From: a virus | Lineage: Duplodnaviria > Heunggongvirae > Uroviricota > Caudoviricetes | DNA length: 64,000 nucleotides | IMG/VR virus record: IMGVR_UViG_3300020577_006835 | Location: 4,588-68,587 of that record | Strand: one strand, 5' to 3' | Shown: positions 27,620 to 35,963 of the stretch, piece by piece | Numbering within the stretch: position 1 is the first letter of the stretch | How the letters are laid out: every line of letters starts with the position of its first letter | Made by a program: the position numbers and the translations under genes | Notes under the pieces: model-generated | What the model was told of the DNA's origin: nothing | The model's input: the letters and a program-made list of their open reading frames with translations, nothing else | The model's database searches: none

Positions 27620-27775
27620 TGACGGGCTAGTCGGGGTCCGCACCCCGATGAAGCGAAGCGGTTCGCTGCCGCAAAAAAACGGACTCGCCCCTGGATCGGG
27701 GCCGTGACGGTGGGCACGTAGCGGGGAGCCTGTGGAGGCACAGGCCGATGAAGCAGGCCCCGCACCCACCAACCT
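27620..27775 (+). ncRNA. Candidate structured RNA with a kink-turn-like hairpin
   Basis: Non-coding gap with nested stems; CCGATGAAGC occurs twice, 100 nt apart. Confidence 0.35.
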
Positions 27776-27780
27776 CTTGG

Positions 27781-27810
27781 TTGCGTTGACAGCAGGTTCT
27801 GTGCTAAATT
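27781..27810 (+). promoter_or_regulatory. Promoter of the tRNA-Gly pair
   Basis: TTGCGT-N18-TAAATT with TGC. Confidence 0.6.
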
Positions 27811-27816
27811 GTGCGG

Positions 27817-27888
27817 GCCGCAGTGGCCGAGTGGCTTAGGCACAGGTCTTCCAAACCTGACACACGGGTTCGATCCCCGTCTGCGGTT
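27817..27888 (+). tRNA. tRNA-Gly (TCC)
   Basis: Acceptor GCCGCAG/CTGCGGT, anticodon arm CAGGT-CTTCCAA-ACCTG, T-loop TTCGATC, U73. Confidence 0.92.
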
Positions 27889-27901
27889 CGCATACAGACA
27901 G

Positions 27902-27972
27902 GCCGCAATATCCTAGTGGTAAGGAGCGACGTTGCCAACGTCGATACGCGGGTCCGATTCCCGCTTGCGGCT
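27902..27972 (+). tRNA. tRNA-Gly (GCC)
   Basis: Acceptor GCCGCAA/TTGCGGC, CGACG-TTGCCAA-CGTCG, T-loop TCCGATT, U73. Confidence 0.88.
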
Positions 27973-27989
27973 CTCTCACCGAGGTACGC

Positions 27990-28280
27990 ATGGACGAAGA
28001 GACCAAGATTTATCTGCACAGACCCACTGACCAGTTCATCGTCGGCAACCCGCCCAGGTACCACACGTGCAAGGTGGTCCGCGTCCGGGACGTCCACGAG
28101 CTGCTGGTCGACGTGCTCAGCTGGAGGAACGTCGGCCAGGTGCGTCGCAGGGTCGAGCTGTGCGGCAACAAGCTCGAAGGCGTGGAGACCGAGAGCGGCA
28201 TCTGCGCCAAGTGTCAGAATCGCTTCGAGACCGCGGGCGACGTGTTCGCAGCGTTCGACGCCCCGCTCGACCAGAAGTAG
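27990..28280 (+). CDS. Hypothetical protein
   Basis: GAGG SD; contains CAKC. Confidence 0.6.
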   Translation: MDEETKIYLHRPTDQFIVGNPPRYHTCKVVRVRDVHELLVDVLSWRNVGQVRRRVELCGNKLEGVETESGICAKCQNRFETAGDVFAAFDAPLDQK

Positions 28281-28289
28281 GAGGAGAGC

Positions 28290-28589
28290 ATGAACGTGGA
28301 GACGGAGACCATCACACCCGAAGAGGCCGCCCGCAAGCGAGCCTCGGACGCTCTGGCCATTCAGGAGGGCGCCTGCAACCCGCTCGGCATCACCAACAGC
28401 CTTCTGCGGCACATGCAGGCTCTGAGCCGGCAGCCGGACTCGAAGGGCACGAGCGAGATCCTGGCCGACCCGGCCTGCCGGTTGATCGTCCACCAGCTGG
28501 CCTTCCTGTTCAACGTGGACGAGATCAACGACGGGCTGCTGACCTACTCCGCGCTCACGCAGAAGTGCAGGGAGGCGGCAGCGGCGTGA
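28290..28589 (+). CDS. Hypothetical protein
   Basis: GGAGGAG SD. Confidence 0.65.
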   Translation: MNVETETITPEEAARKRASDALAIQEGACNPLGITNSLLRHMQALSRQPDSKGTSEILADPACRLIVHQLAFLFNVDEINDGLLTYSALTQKCREAAAA

Positions 28590-28861
28590 GCTACCGCGCC
28601 TGCGACGTGGTGAACCAGTTCTGCGAGGCCCCGCCGGCACTCGCCTGGTCCTACACGCGAGCGACCTGTTTCGCGTGCGGGCTGCCAGTCTGCAAGGCAT
28701 GTTCGAGTCGGCGGAAGTACTACTCGTACGGCGTCAAGCGCATCTGTGATCGCTGCCAGGAAGAGCGCTTCGGCGCTGATCACGTGAGGGTCAGGGCGTA
28801 CCACAAGGCCGGTTACAAGAACGTCACTCTGAGCGACGTCAGGGCAGGAAGGCTTCCATGA
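28586..28861 (+). CDS. Zn-finger protein, FYVE/RING-like Cys spacing
   Basis: CFACGLPVCKACSS...RICDRC; GTGA coupling. Confidence 0.6.
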   Translation: MSYRACDVVNQFCEAPPALAWSYTRATCFACGLPVCKACSSRRKYYSYGVKRICDRCQEERFGADHVRVRAYHKAGYKNVTLSDVRAGRLP

Positions 28862-29298
28862 GAAAGCTCAAGGGCAAGATCACGATCACGCGCACCAACA
28901 GCAACCAGCCGCCGTATGACACGGCCACGATCACGATCAGAGACGAGCTGTCTGCTGTGACCGTGATCGAGGTCAAGATGCTGCCGGCCGACTGGGGCAT
29001 GGCACTGCTCAACGTGGGTGCGCAGCCGTGCACGTTCACGATCTACGACAACAACGAGCTGATCGGCAAGCAGCAGGAGGTCAAGAGCGAGGTCATCGCG
29101 CTCGACCTGCCGAACAACTACACGCACGACAGGGACGTCTTCGACAAGGCCGTCACCAGGGCTCTGAAGATCTACGAGATCGACGGCTGGAAGGCGCGTC
29201 GCGAGGACTTCCGCAACATGCACAACCGGGTGGGCGGGGGTGCGAAGTACCGCGTCTCGTTCACCAGGTTCACCGAGAAGGAGGAGCAGGAGTCATGA
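28858..29298 (+). CDS. Hypothetical protein
   Basis: ATGA coupling; 146 aa. Confidence 0.65.
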   Translation: MRKLKGKITITRTNSNQPPYDTATITIRDELSAVTVIEVKMLPADWGMALLNVGAQPCTFTIYDNNELIGKQQEVKSEVIALDLPNNYTHDRDVFDKAVTRALKIYEIDGWKARREDFRNMHNRVGGGAKYRVSFTRFTEKEEQES

Positions 29299-29651
29299 GC
29301 CAGGCCCAGCAGAAGGAGAAGTTCCACACGGTCGTCGTCAAGGAGTTCACGAGCACCTTCCGCGGCCACAAGCGCAGCGCGCCGGGCAAGCCGGGCCGGC
29401 GCCGCAAGCAGTTCCACATCACGATCAGCAACTCGCTGCCCGAGAGCGACGATCGCGTGCAGAAGCTGCTCGCAGACCGACAGAGCGCGGCCGATGTGCG
29501 CCGCATCAAGGCGGCCAGCCAGCGCCTCGCCCGGGAAGCGAGTCACAAGCTGCACGGCATCTTCGTCGACTCGGTCAGGGAAGTGCTCGGCGTGCAGACG
29601 GCGACGCAGTTCGAGCAGTCCAAGAAGCAGCGCCGCGGGCGCTCAGGCTGA
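29295..29651 (+). CDS. Hypothetical basic protein
   Basis: GGAG SD; ATGA coupling. Confidence 0.6.
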   Translation: MSQAQQKEKFHTVVVKEFTSTFRGHKRSAPGKPGRRRKQFHITISNSLPESDDRVQKLLADRQSAADVRRIKAASQRLAREASHKLHGIFVDSVREVLGVQTATQFEQSKKQRRGRSG

Positions 29652-29668
29652 CCAACTAGGAGGGGGAC

Positions 29669-29833
29669 GTGCCAGAACCCAAGAACAAGAAGCAGGTGCC
29701 TTGGGCTCTGGTCCCTGTCCGCAACCTCGACATCGTCGCCGTGATCCAGCGCAAGAAGGGTGCCCACGTCGACAAGCGCAAGAAGCGGGAAAGCAAGTAT
29801 CCGAAGAGCAAGGTGGAAGACCAGGGTGAGTAA
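29669..29833 (+). CDS. Small basic peptide (MPEPKNKKQV...)
   Basis: GGAGGGGG SD before GTG; not in the ORF track. Confidence 0.5.
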   Translation: MPEPKNKKQVPWALVPVRNLDIVAVIQRKKGAHVDKRKKRESKYPKSKVEDQGE

Positions 29834-30287
29834 GACAAATGCACGTTGCGCGTGTGGGAGCGGCAAGAAGTACAAGAACTGCTGCCAGGGGCTCAAAGGT
29901 GGGAGTTTTGTGCTCACTTTCAACGGAAAGGTGCGAGAGGAGGCTGAGCGGTTTGTATGTGACCCGCTGTCCGACGCGATCGTCGAGGATGCAAAAGTTT
30001 TCGACAGGGACTGGTTTGCCAGAAACCCGTCCTCCCACATTTACGTGAGGTTGCCTCTGCACGGGGAACTACCGGGTCACCAGCCAGAGGCCGGCTGGCG
30101 CCCTGCGGTACAAGTGCAGCAGGTGAAACCCGGCTACCGAATAAGACGTTGGGTTGATTTGTGGGTGCCGGTAGGGGTGTGGCCCCGAGACGTGTCATTT
30201 GTGACGGTCAACGACTTGCTCACCAATGAGGAAGTGGAGGTGCCTATAGTTTGGGAGGCGCCGCGAAGGGGGGTTAGTAGAGAATGA
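29826..30287 (+). CDS. SEC-C motif protein
   Basis: CACGSGKKYKNCC. Confidence 0.8.
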   Translation: MSKTNARCACGSGKKYKNCCQGLKGGSFVLTFNGKVREEAERFVCDPLSDAIVEDAKVFDRDWFARNPSSHIYVRLPLHGELPGHQPEAGWRPAVQVQQVKPGYRIRRWVDLWVPVGVWPRDVSFVTVNDLLTNEEVEVPIVWEAPRRGVSRE

Positions 30288-30886
30288 ATGACAGCCAGAT
30301 TCAATACCTCAAGGTGACGATCGAGCAGGACAGCACGGAGGACGAGTTCTACATCGAGATCCGAGGCGAGTACGTCCGGGTCACGGTGAAGGACGACCAG
30401 TTCAAGACCAAGAAGCTGCGCAAGCTGCCGCCCGGCTCGTACAGGTGGGAGTGGCGAGGCTTCAACGAGCCCGACATCATCTGGCTCAACCGGGTGATGA
30501 AGGAAGAGGTCGCCGACGACATCAATCACCTGCTCGTGGACCGCATCCCGGACATGTACGTCTCCTACGCCGAGCAGGCTTTCCGCAAGCGGTTCCCGAA
30601 GGTGGTCCCGGGCAAGCTGAACATCTTCCAGGCCGTCAATAACATGCTGGAGCGGGTGCGCGTCACCAAGAGGTGGAGATCGTACGCAGTGCTCCAGGAG
30701 AACGTGTACACCGACAAGCTGGGGGAGTTCATCACGAAGTACTGTCCGGACGATCAGTGGTGCGTCGAGAACAACCAGATCTGGGTCTCGCGAGAGTTCA
30801 TCTCGCAGTACGTGTTCCTCGGCGAGAAGGGTGCGATGACGCAGATCGTGCGTCGCGACTCGGTCAAGCCGCTGCCACAACCCTAG
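30284..30886 (+). CDS. Hypothetical protein
   Basis: 200 aa; ATGA coupling. Confidence 0.65.
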   Translation: MNDSQIQYLKVTIEQDSTEDEFYIEIRGEYVRVTVKDDQFKTKKLRKLPPGSYRWEWRGFNEPDIIWLNRVMKEEVADDINHLLVDRIPDMYVSYAEQAFRKRFPKVVPGKLNIFQAVNNMLERVRVTKRWRSYAVLQENVYTDKLGEFITKYCPDDQWCVENNQIWVSREFISQYVFLGEKGAMTQIVRRDSVKPLPQP

Positions 30887-30924
30887 TTGTGAGCCCTGCG
30901 AGGGCCGCGGTAGATTCGTAGTGG

Positions 30925-31185
30925 GTGGCCGGGAAGCACAGACCTGGAGAGATCCGAGGCAAGAAGCGTCGCCGCGTCATGCGCCGCCTGTGGAAGGCAG
31001 CGCGCGGCTTCTGCACCTACTGTCTGGCCAAGCTGAAGAGGTGGGAGGCCACCATCGACCACATGACTCCGCTCTCGCGCGGCGGGACATCGGAGCCGTG
31101 GAACCTGACCCTCGCATGCGTCGAGTGCAACCTGGACAAGGGTAGCCTGACCTTCGAGGAGTACATGAGGATGAGGTACGCATGA
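30925..31185 (+). CDS. Minimal HNH endonuclease
   Basis: CTYC...TIDHMTPLSRGG.....NL..AC..CN..KG. Confidence 0.88.
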   Translation: MAGKHRPGEIRGKKRRRVMRRLWKAARGFCTYCLAKLKRWEATIDHMTPLSRGGTSEPWNLTLACVECNLDKGSLTFEEYMRMRYA

Positions 31186-31559
31186 ACAAGAACGCCAAGA
31201 AGTGGGTCGAGGCCCTGAAGTCCGGACAGTTCCAGCAGGCAAGAGGTCAGCTCCGAAGAAAGTTGGGCAGGGGAGACTACGCTTACTGCTGCCTTGGTCT
31301 GGCCTGTGAGCTGTACCGTCAGGATGTTGGTGGACGTTGGAGAGAGGAGACAGTGTTCGGCAACGCACACAACTCCGCCGGCTTGCCGGCCAAGGTAGCC
31401 AAGTGGCTTGGCGCGAACGACGACGCGCTCGTGCACCTGCCAAGGATAGGGAAAGACTTGGCCTGGCTGAACGACCAAGGCATGACCTTCACGGAGATCG
31501 CCGCTCTCATCAACAGGTACAAGAGGTCGCTCTTCACGACCGAGGAATCACGCGATTGA
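31182..31559 (+). CDS. Conserved hypothetical phage protein (WVEALKSG...YCCLGLACE)
   Basis: GAGG SD; ATGA coupling. Confidence 0.7.
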   Translation: MNKNAKKWVEALKSGQFQQARGQLRRKLGRGDYAYCCLGLACELYRQDVGGRWREETVFGNAHNSAGLPAKVAKWLGANDDALVHLPRIGKDLAWLNDQGMTFTEIAALINRYKRSLFTTEESRD

Positions 31560-31585
31560 CAGAGCGCCACGAGCTGTGCTAACAA
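31556..31585 (+). promoter_or_regulatory. Promoter of the Phe-Asn-His tRNA cluster
   Basis: TTGACA-N18-TAACAA with TGC. Confidence 0.8.
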
Positions 31586-31597
31586 TCCTGGGATGTC

Positions 31598-31669
31598 GGG
31601 GGAATAGCTTAGACGGCAGAGCGCCGGCCTGAAGATCCGGTTGGCCAGGTTCGATTCCTGGTTCTCCCA
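31598..31669 (+). tRNA. tRNA-Phe (GAA)
   Basis: GGGGGAA/TTCTCCC, anticodon loop CTGAAGA, CCAGG-TTCGATT-CCTGG, A73. Confidence 0.9.
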
Positions 31670-31679
31670 CGTTCAACAT

Positions 31680-31752
31680 TGCGAAGTAGCTCAGCGGTAG
31701 CAGCGGCTCCCTGTTAAGGAGACGGTCGCAGGTTCGATCCCTGCCTTCGCAG
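31680..31752 (+). tRNA. tRNA-Asn (GTT)
   Basis: TGCGAAG/CTTCGCA, anticodon loop CTGTTAA, GCAGG-TTCGATC-CCTGC, G73. Confidence 0.9.
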
Positions 31753-31758
31753 CTTTGT

Positions 31759-31832
31759 GGTGAGTATAGCTCAACTGGCGGAGCGTCAGATTGTGGATCT
31801 GGAGGATGAGGGTTCGAGCCCCTCTGCTCACC
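31759..31832 (+). tRNA. tRNA-His (GTG)
   Basis: 8-bp acceptor GGTGAGTA/TGCTCACC (G-1:C73), anticodon loop TTGTGGA. Confidence 0.92.
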
Positions 31833-31839
31833 CTGAACG

Positions 31840-32310
31840 ATGACAAGCGTTGAACTGGCATGGCTCGCCGGACTACTTGAAGGTGAAGGGAGTTTTCTTT
31901 GCGGGCCGCCGTCACAACCAAATAGGCCCCGGATCGTCCTAGACATGACTGACAGAGACGTTGTCGCTCGTGCTGCCAAACTCATGGCAGTCAAGAACGC
32001 AGCGTTTACCCCAAGACGCAGAAATCCGAAGTGGAAACCCTCGTACATTGTGAGTGTTTCCGGGGTAGCAGCGTTCCGCTTGATGACCAAACTGCGCCCC
32101 TTGATGGGGGAGCGGCGACAAGGCCAGATAGATGCCGCCTTAGCCTGTTATATAGACCGCTCCAAGAAAATCTCCGCGGCTAGGGTAGAGGAGATTCGAG
32201 CGGCGGTGCGGGCTGGGAGAACACAGCTAGCTGTTGCCGCAGCTTTCGGTGTCGCACGGGAGACGGTGAACAAGATTGTGAGACGTCGCCGAAACTACAC
32301 CAGCCGGTGA
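31840..32310 (+). CDS. Single-motif LAGLIDADG homing endonuclease with C-terminal HTH
   Basis: ELAWLAGLLEGEGSF...MTDRDVV; starts 7 nt after tRNA-His. Confidence 0.85.
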   Translation: MTSVELAWLAGLLEGEGSFLCGPPSQPNRPRIVLDMTDRDVVARAAKLMAVKNAAFTPRRRNPKWKPSYIVSVSGVAAFRLMTKLRPLMGERRQGQIDAALACYIDRSKKISAARVEEIRAAVRAGRTQLAVAAAFGVARETVNKIVRRRRNYTSR

Positions 32311-32384
32311 CCCTCCGATCACCCTCCCTTATAATCTTCCTTGCTTTTCCGCTGATGTACAGGCAAAGAACGGCTTGAGAAGGA

Positions 32385-32663
32385 TTGCCTGTGTCTGAGG
32401 AAGAGCTGAAGAAGCGCCTTGAGGCGACTGCCTGCGAGCCAGGTTGCACCGTCTGTGGCAGTGAGGATGTGATCGAGCTGTTGGCTCAGATCCACTCCCA
32501 CGCCGCCGACGGCCTGCGGCCGGTCTACGTGGTGCTGTTGCGCGAGAGTGACGGCTTGACCCACACCCTGTGTGACCCCGCGGTCAACACGCACAGGCTT
32601 CTCTCTCTGATCCAGGAGAGCATGGAAGACGTGAAGGTGCCCAAGGGGGTACTCACGCACTGA
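32385..32663 (+). CDS. Hypothetical protein
   Basis: 92 aa with C...CTVC. Confidence 0.55.
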   Translation: MPVSEEELKKRLEATACEPGCTVCGSEDVIELLAQIHSHAADGLRPVYVVLLRESDGLTHTLCDPAVNTHRLLSLIQESMEDVKVPKGVLTH

Positions 32664-32691
32664 AGCCGGCGGTTGAGGTGGTTGTGGCGGG

Positions 32692-33129
32692 GTGGCGGTG
32701 CCAAACGATGCTCGCGGTTATCCAGAGCAGCTGAGTGCGGATTGGCCTGAGGACCTTCCTCTAGGCCTTCAATACGAAGAGGGCTACGCTGACGAGGCGT
32801 ACACCTGCTACGTCGAGAACAACACGACGACAGGTGTGGCTCGCTTCACGCCCGAGGTGCGTCTACGCGTGGCCGTGCTCGGAGATGCGATCTGGTGCAT
32901 GCAGCTGCCGGCCAAGAACCGGGACGGCACCAAGAACTGGGTCGCCATCAAGCTGAAGCGCGAGGCCAAGAACTGGTTGCACGGCCGTGCCAAGTCGCTG
33001 CCGACGTTCTCCTTCGACGAGGTCTGCGAGGCGGTCGGGCTCGACCCTGCCGCCACGCACGAGGCCATCGAGCGCATGCTGCGAACACGTAGGTTCGACA
33101 TCAGAGAGCTGATCTTCTGGACCAAGTAG
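32692..33129 (+). CDS. Hypothetical protein
   Basis: SFDEVCEAVGLDP pattern seen in small phage proteins. Confidence 0.6.
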   Translation: MAVPNDARGYPEQLSADWPEDLPLGLQYEEGYADEAYTCYVENNTTTGVARFTPEVRLRVAVLGDAIWCMQLPAKNRDGTKNWVAIKLKREAKNWLHGRAKSLPTFSFDEVCEAVGLDPAATHEAIERMLRTRRFDIRELIFWTK

Positions 33130-33335
33130 CCTCTGGTTGCGTTACGAAAGCGTTCCGTGCGACGTTGTAGGGTATGGGGTATTTGAAGTTCTTCAAGGTG
33201 TACAGCAGTCAGCGATTGTGGGCGATGGTCTTCGACCAGGAGGGCTACGCACGAGTCCTGCAAGCTGAGCACGAAACTGGCATCGCACTGCTTCAGCGGT
33301 TGCGACGCTAACCCACAACCGGAGAACCGGGCCGC

Positions 33336-33365
33336 TTGTCGGTCGGCCTGGTTCTGTGCTAACTG
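33336..33365 (+). promoter_or_regulatory. Promoter of tRNA-Asp and the HNH gene
   Basis: TTGTCG-N18-TAACTG with TGC. Confidence 0.55.
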
Positions 33366-33379
33366 CCGGTCTTCTCATC

Positions 33380-33451
33380 GGCTCTATCGTTTAATGGCTA
33401 GGACGCCCGCTTGTCAGGCGGAGGGTGAGAGTTCGATTCTCTCTAGAGCCG
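33380..33451 (+). tRNA. tRNA-Asp (GTC)
   Basis: GGCTCTA/TAGAGCC, anticodon loop TTGTCAG, GAGAG-TTCGATT-CTCTC, G73. Confidence 0.9.
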
Positions 33452-33891
33452 CTACTTCACCAGCTACGAAGCGCTGCAGTGTCTGCAAGGAGCAGAAACT
33501 GCTTAGCGAGTTCAGCTCGCGCCCGGACCGGCCATCAACCGTGTACCGGTGCAAGCCCTGCCAGAGGGTTTACGCGGCTGCGCACTACCAGCTGAATCGG
33601 GCCAAGTACACCGCCAAGAGAAACGCTCAGCGGCTCCGTCTGCGCACTCTTGTCCGTCACCACAAAGATAAACCGTGTGCAGACTGCGGCATCAAGTATC
33701 CGCACTACGTCATGGACTTCGACCATGTTGACCCAGCAACCAAGCTGTTCGACATCGGGGTGGCAAAGTCGAAGATGAATGAAAGCGTAGTGCTGGCTGA
33801 GATCGCCAAGTGCGACGTGGTGTGCGCCAACTGTCACCGCGAGCGGACGTACGGTGCTGGCAGACGTCGCACCAGCAAGCCGATAGGGTAA
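33394..33891 (+). CDS. tRNA-associated HNH endonuclease
   Basis: CSVC, CKPC, KPCADCG...MDFDH...IAKCDVVCANCHRERT; the only upstream ATG lies inside tRNA-Asp. Confidence 0.8.
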   Translation: MARTPACQAEGESSILSRAATSPATKRCSVCKEQKLLSEFSSRPDRPSTVYRCKPCQRVYAAAHYQLNRAKYTAKRNAQRLRLRTLVRHHKDKPCADCGIKYPHYVMDFDHVDPATKLFDIGVAKSKMNESVVLAEIAKCDVVCANCHRERTYGAGRRRTSKPIG

Positions 33892-33893
33892 CG

Positions 33894-34202
33894 ATGCAAG
33901 AAGAAGAGTTCGACTCCGTCGCCGAGTTCCGCATCATGCACCGCAAGGGCAAGGAGGCTCTCGACAGCCTGCTTGAGCACCTTGGTGATCCGGACTGGAT
34001 CGTCTTCTGCGGCATCAGTGTCCCTGGCAGGTTCCTGCAGCCTGATGGCACCTACCAGCGGCAGGGTGAGCTGCACATCGGCTTCTCCATCTGCCACCTG
34101 TGTGCGCCGGACAAGGTGCCCATGATGCCGACCACCTGGCACGACGTGCAGGTCGAGACCACGATCTCACAGTTCCTCTGCGAGACGCACAAAGCCGGTT
34201 GA
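33894..34202 (+). CDS. Hypothetical protein
   Basis: 102 aa. Confidence 0.55.
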   Translation: MQEEEFDSVAEFRIMHRKGKEALDSLLEHLGDPDWIVFCGISVPGRFLQPDGTYQRQGELHIGFSICHLCAPDKVPMMPTTWHDVQVETTISQFLCETHKAG

Positions 34203-34228
34203 CATAGGCACGTGTCATGTGCTAAAGT
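34199..34228 (+). promoter_or_regulatory. Sigma70-like promoter, probably leaderless transcript
   Basis: TTGACA-N18-TAAAGT; ATG 34235 lies 6 nt downstream. Confidence 0.85.
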
Positions 34229-34234
34229 CTGCAC

Positions 34235-34651
34235 ATGGCAAACACCTTCTACCAAGTCGCACCGCGCTACACCCCGGGCTCGCCGGCTCAGGTCGACGAG
34301 CAGACGGCCCGCCGCGTCGCTGCCGAGGAGTCGAGCAGCTTCACCCACTACCTGGAAGGGGTGTACGGCGAGGAGGCCAAGGTCGAGGCCGAGGCCCTGG
34401 GCCTGGGTGGTATCGTCGAGCACGTCACCCAGCACGCGGGCCACGCCGTGGTCGACGACCTGATCACAGGCAAGCGCTACCGCCGGCTGTATCAAGTCGG
34501 CACCCAGCGCTGCGACTTCTGCGGCACCGATCAGCGTGCCTTCAAGACGCAGCGTGCCAAGAACAAGCGCGGCGTCGAGCTGCACAACCTGCGCGACGGC
34601 AGCCCCTGCCCTGGTGGTGTCGTCGCCAGACAGTCCGAGATCCAGCTGTAG
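34235..34651 (+). CDS. Hypothetical protein with CxxC
   Basis: Starts at the predicted TSS. Confidence 0.7.
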   Translation: MANTFYQVAPRYTPGSPAQVDEQTARRVAAEESSSFTHYLEGVYGEEAKVEAEALGLGGIVEHVTQHAGHAVVDDLITGKRYRRLYQVGTQRCDFCGTDQRAFKTQRAKNKRGVELHNLRDGSPCPGGVVARQSEIQL

Positions 34652-34667
34652 AGCAGAGGAGACAAGC

Positions 34668-35474
34668 ATGAACGGATTCAAGGTCAGCCCCAACAGCGGA
34701 TGGAACCCGGCCCCGTACACCGGCCCGTACCGCAACTTCGCCTCGGTCGACGAGCAGCTCACCGGCCGCTGCAGCCAGCGCCGCAAGGTGGGCAACAACA
34801 CGTACCTCGAACGTCGCGGCCAGGACGCGATCGCGGTCAAGCTGCACCGGACCGACGTGGTCACCTTCTACCGTGACGGCCGCGTCCAGCTCAACACGGG
34901 CGGCTGGCAGACGGTCACGACCAAGGACCGGTTCAACACCTTCTCGCCGATTCGCGTCTACGCCGACAAGGGCGTCTGGTACGCGTCCGACGGCGAACGC
35001 ACCGTGGTCTACGAGGACGGCCTGACGACCGACGTCACGGGCCATCTGCCCGAGGGTGGACCCTCGCCCGACGAGCTGCGCAAGCTCCGCAAGTGCGTGG
35101 TCAAGTTCACCAAGACCTTCGTCGAGAAGTTCAAGCGTGGCGAGATCGAGAAGCCCGGACCCGGCGACTGCTGGTTCTGCAGCATGTTCGACCGTGCCGG
35201 CGACATGCGCACCGTCAACGACCACCTGTTGCACCACATCGGCTACGCCTCGGACGAGTACGGCCAGACCGAGACCTACTACGTGCCGTCGCTGCTCTAC
35301 AACGCGTGCGTCGAGGGCAAGGGCACGACCCTGTCCAGGGCGGCCGAGAGCACGGTCTACAACTGGCTCAACGATCTGCCGATCGAGGGCTGGGCTCTGG
35401 ACCACTCGCTCCGCTGCATCGAGCGTACGCTGAAGAACTACCTGCTGAAGAGGGTCGGTCTACCGACGCGGTGA
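34668..35474 (+). CDS. Conserved hypothetical phage protein
   Basis: IAVKLHRTDVVTF...LNTGGWQTVTTKDRFN; GAGGAG SD. Confidence 0.7.
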   Translation: MNGFKVSPNSGWNPAPYTGPYRNFASVDEQLTGRCSQRRKVGNNTYLERRGQDAIAVKLHRTDVVTFYRDGRVQLNTGGWQTVTTKDRFNTFSPIRVYADKGVWYASDGERTVVYEDGLTTDVTGHLPEGGPSPDELRKLRKCVVKFTKTFVEKFKRGEIEKPGPGDCWFCSMFDRAGDMRTVNDHLLHHIGYASDEYGQTETYYVPSLLYNACVEGKGTTLSRAAESTVYNWLNDLPIEGWALDHSLRCIERTLKNYLLKRVGLPTR

Positions 35475-35480
35475 GCCCTG

Positions 35481-35510
35481 TTGACAAATCCACAGGTCGC
35501 GTGCTAAAGT
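35481..35510 (+). promoter_or_regulatory. Sigma70-like promoter
   Basis: TTGACA-N18-TAAAGT; shares GGTCGCGTGCTAA with the copies at 23358 and 27178. Confidence 0.85.
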
Positions 35511-35530
35511 ATCTCGTATTGGAGGTGAGT

Positions 35531-35698
35531 ATGAACGAGCCGACCGAAGAGGAGATTGCTGAGTACGAGGATCATCTGTGGCATGATGATCGTGGACTCA
35601 ATCCGGACTGCCGGCACTGCAACCCGGCACTGAATCGGAGTCAGGAAGCGCTGCAGGCGGCGCTGCAGGCTTGGGACCGCGCCTGCAAGGAGGGCTGA
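35531..35698 (+). CDS. Small hypothetical protein (MNEPTEEEIAEY...)
   Basis: GGAGGTGA SD. Confidence 0.6.
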   Translation: MNEPTEEEIAEYEDHLWHDDRGLNPDCRHCNPALNRSQEALQAALQAWDRACKEG

Positions 35699-35702
35699 GA
35701 AC

Positions 35703-35960
35703 ATGGGATACGCAAGCGTACTGGACTTCCGCATCCAGGCCGGCGACGACGCGGCCCTGGAATACCACCTGCAGCACAACCATTTCCCGCCGGTCCACCC
35801 GGTCTTCATCCCGGTGGCCAAGGAGGCGATCGAGAAGGCTCGCTTCGAGGAGTGGGACGACCAGCTCGTGCTGCCCAACGAGCGCGTGTTGAGCGTGGCC
35901 GACATCATCCGGCAGCTGCACCTGGACGCGTTCCTCGACGACCTGAGCGAGGGCTGCTGA
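35703..35960 (+). CDS. Hypothetical protein
   Basis: HLQHNHFPPVHP motif; GGAGG SD. Confidence 0.65.
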   Translation: MGYASVLDFRIQAGDDAALEYHLQHNHFPPVHPVFIPVAKEAIEKARFEEWDDQLVLPNERVLSVADIIRQLHLDAFLDDLSEGC

Positions 35961-35963
35961 CTC

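Noticed and set aside
27700-27780. SAM-I riboswitch
   Set aside because: Only the P2/kink-turn-like part matches; the AUC/GAU P1, GCAACC and P3/P4 elements are absent.
32768-32776. Self-target match to the reverse complement of spacer CGTATTGAA
   Set aside because: A lone 9-mer is expected by chance in 64 kb, and the partner spacer ATGATGCCG is not adjacent. I did not search all spacers systematically.
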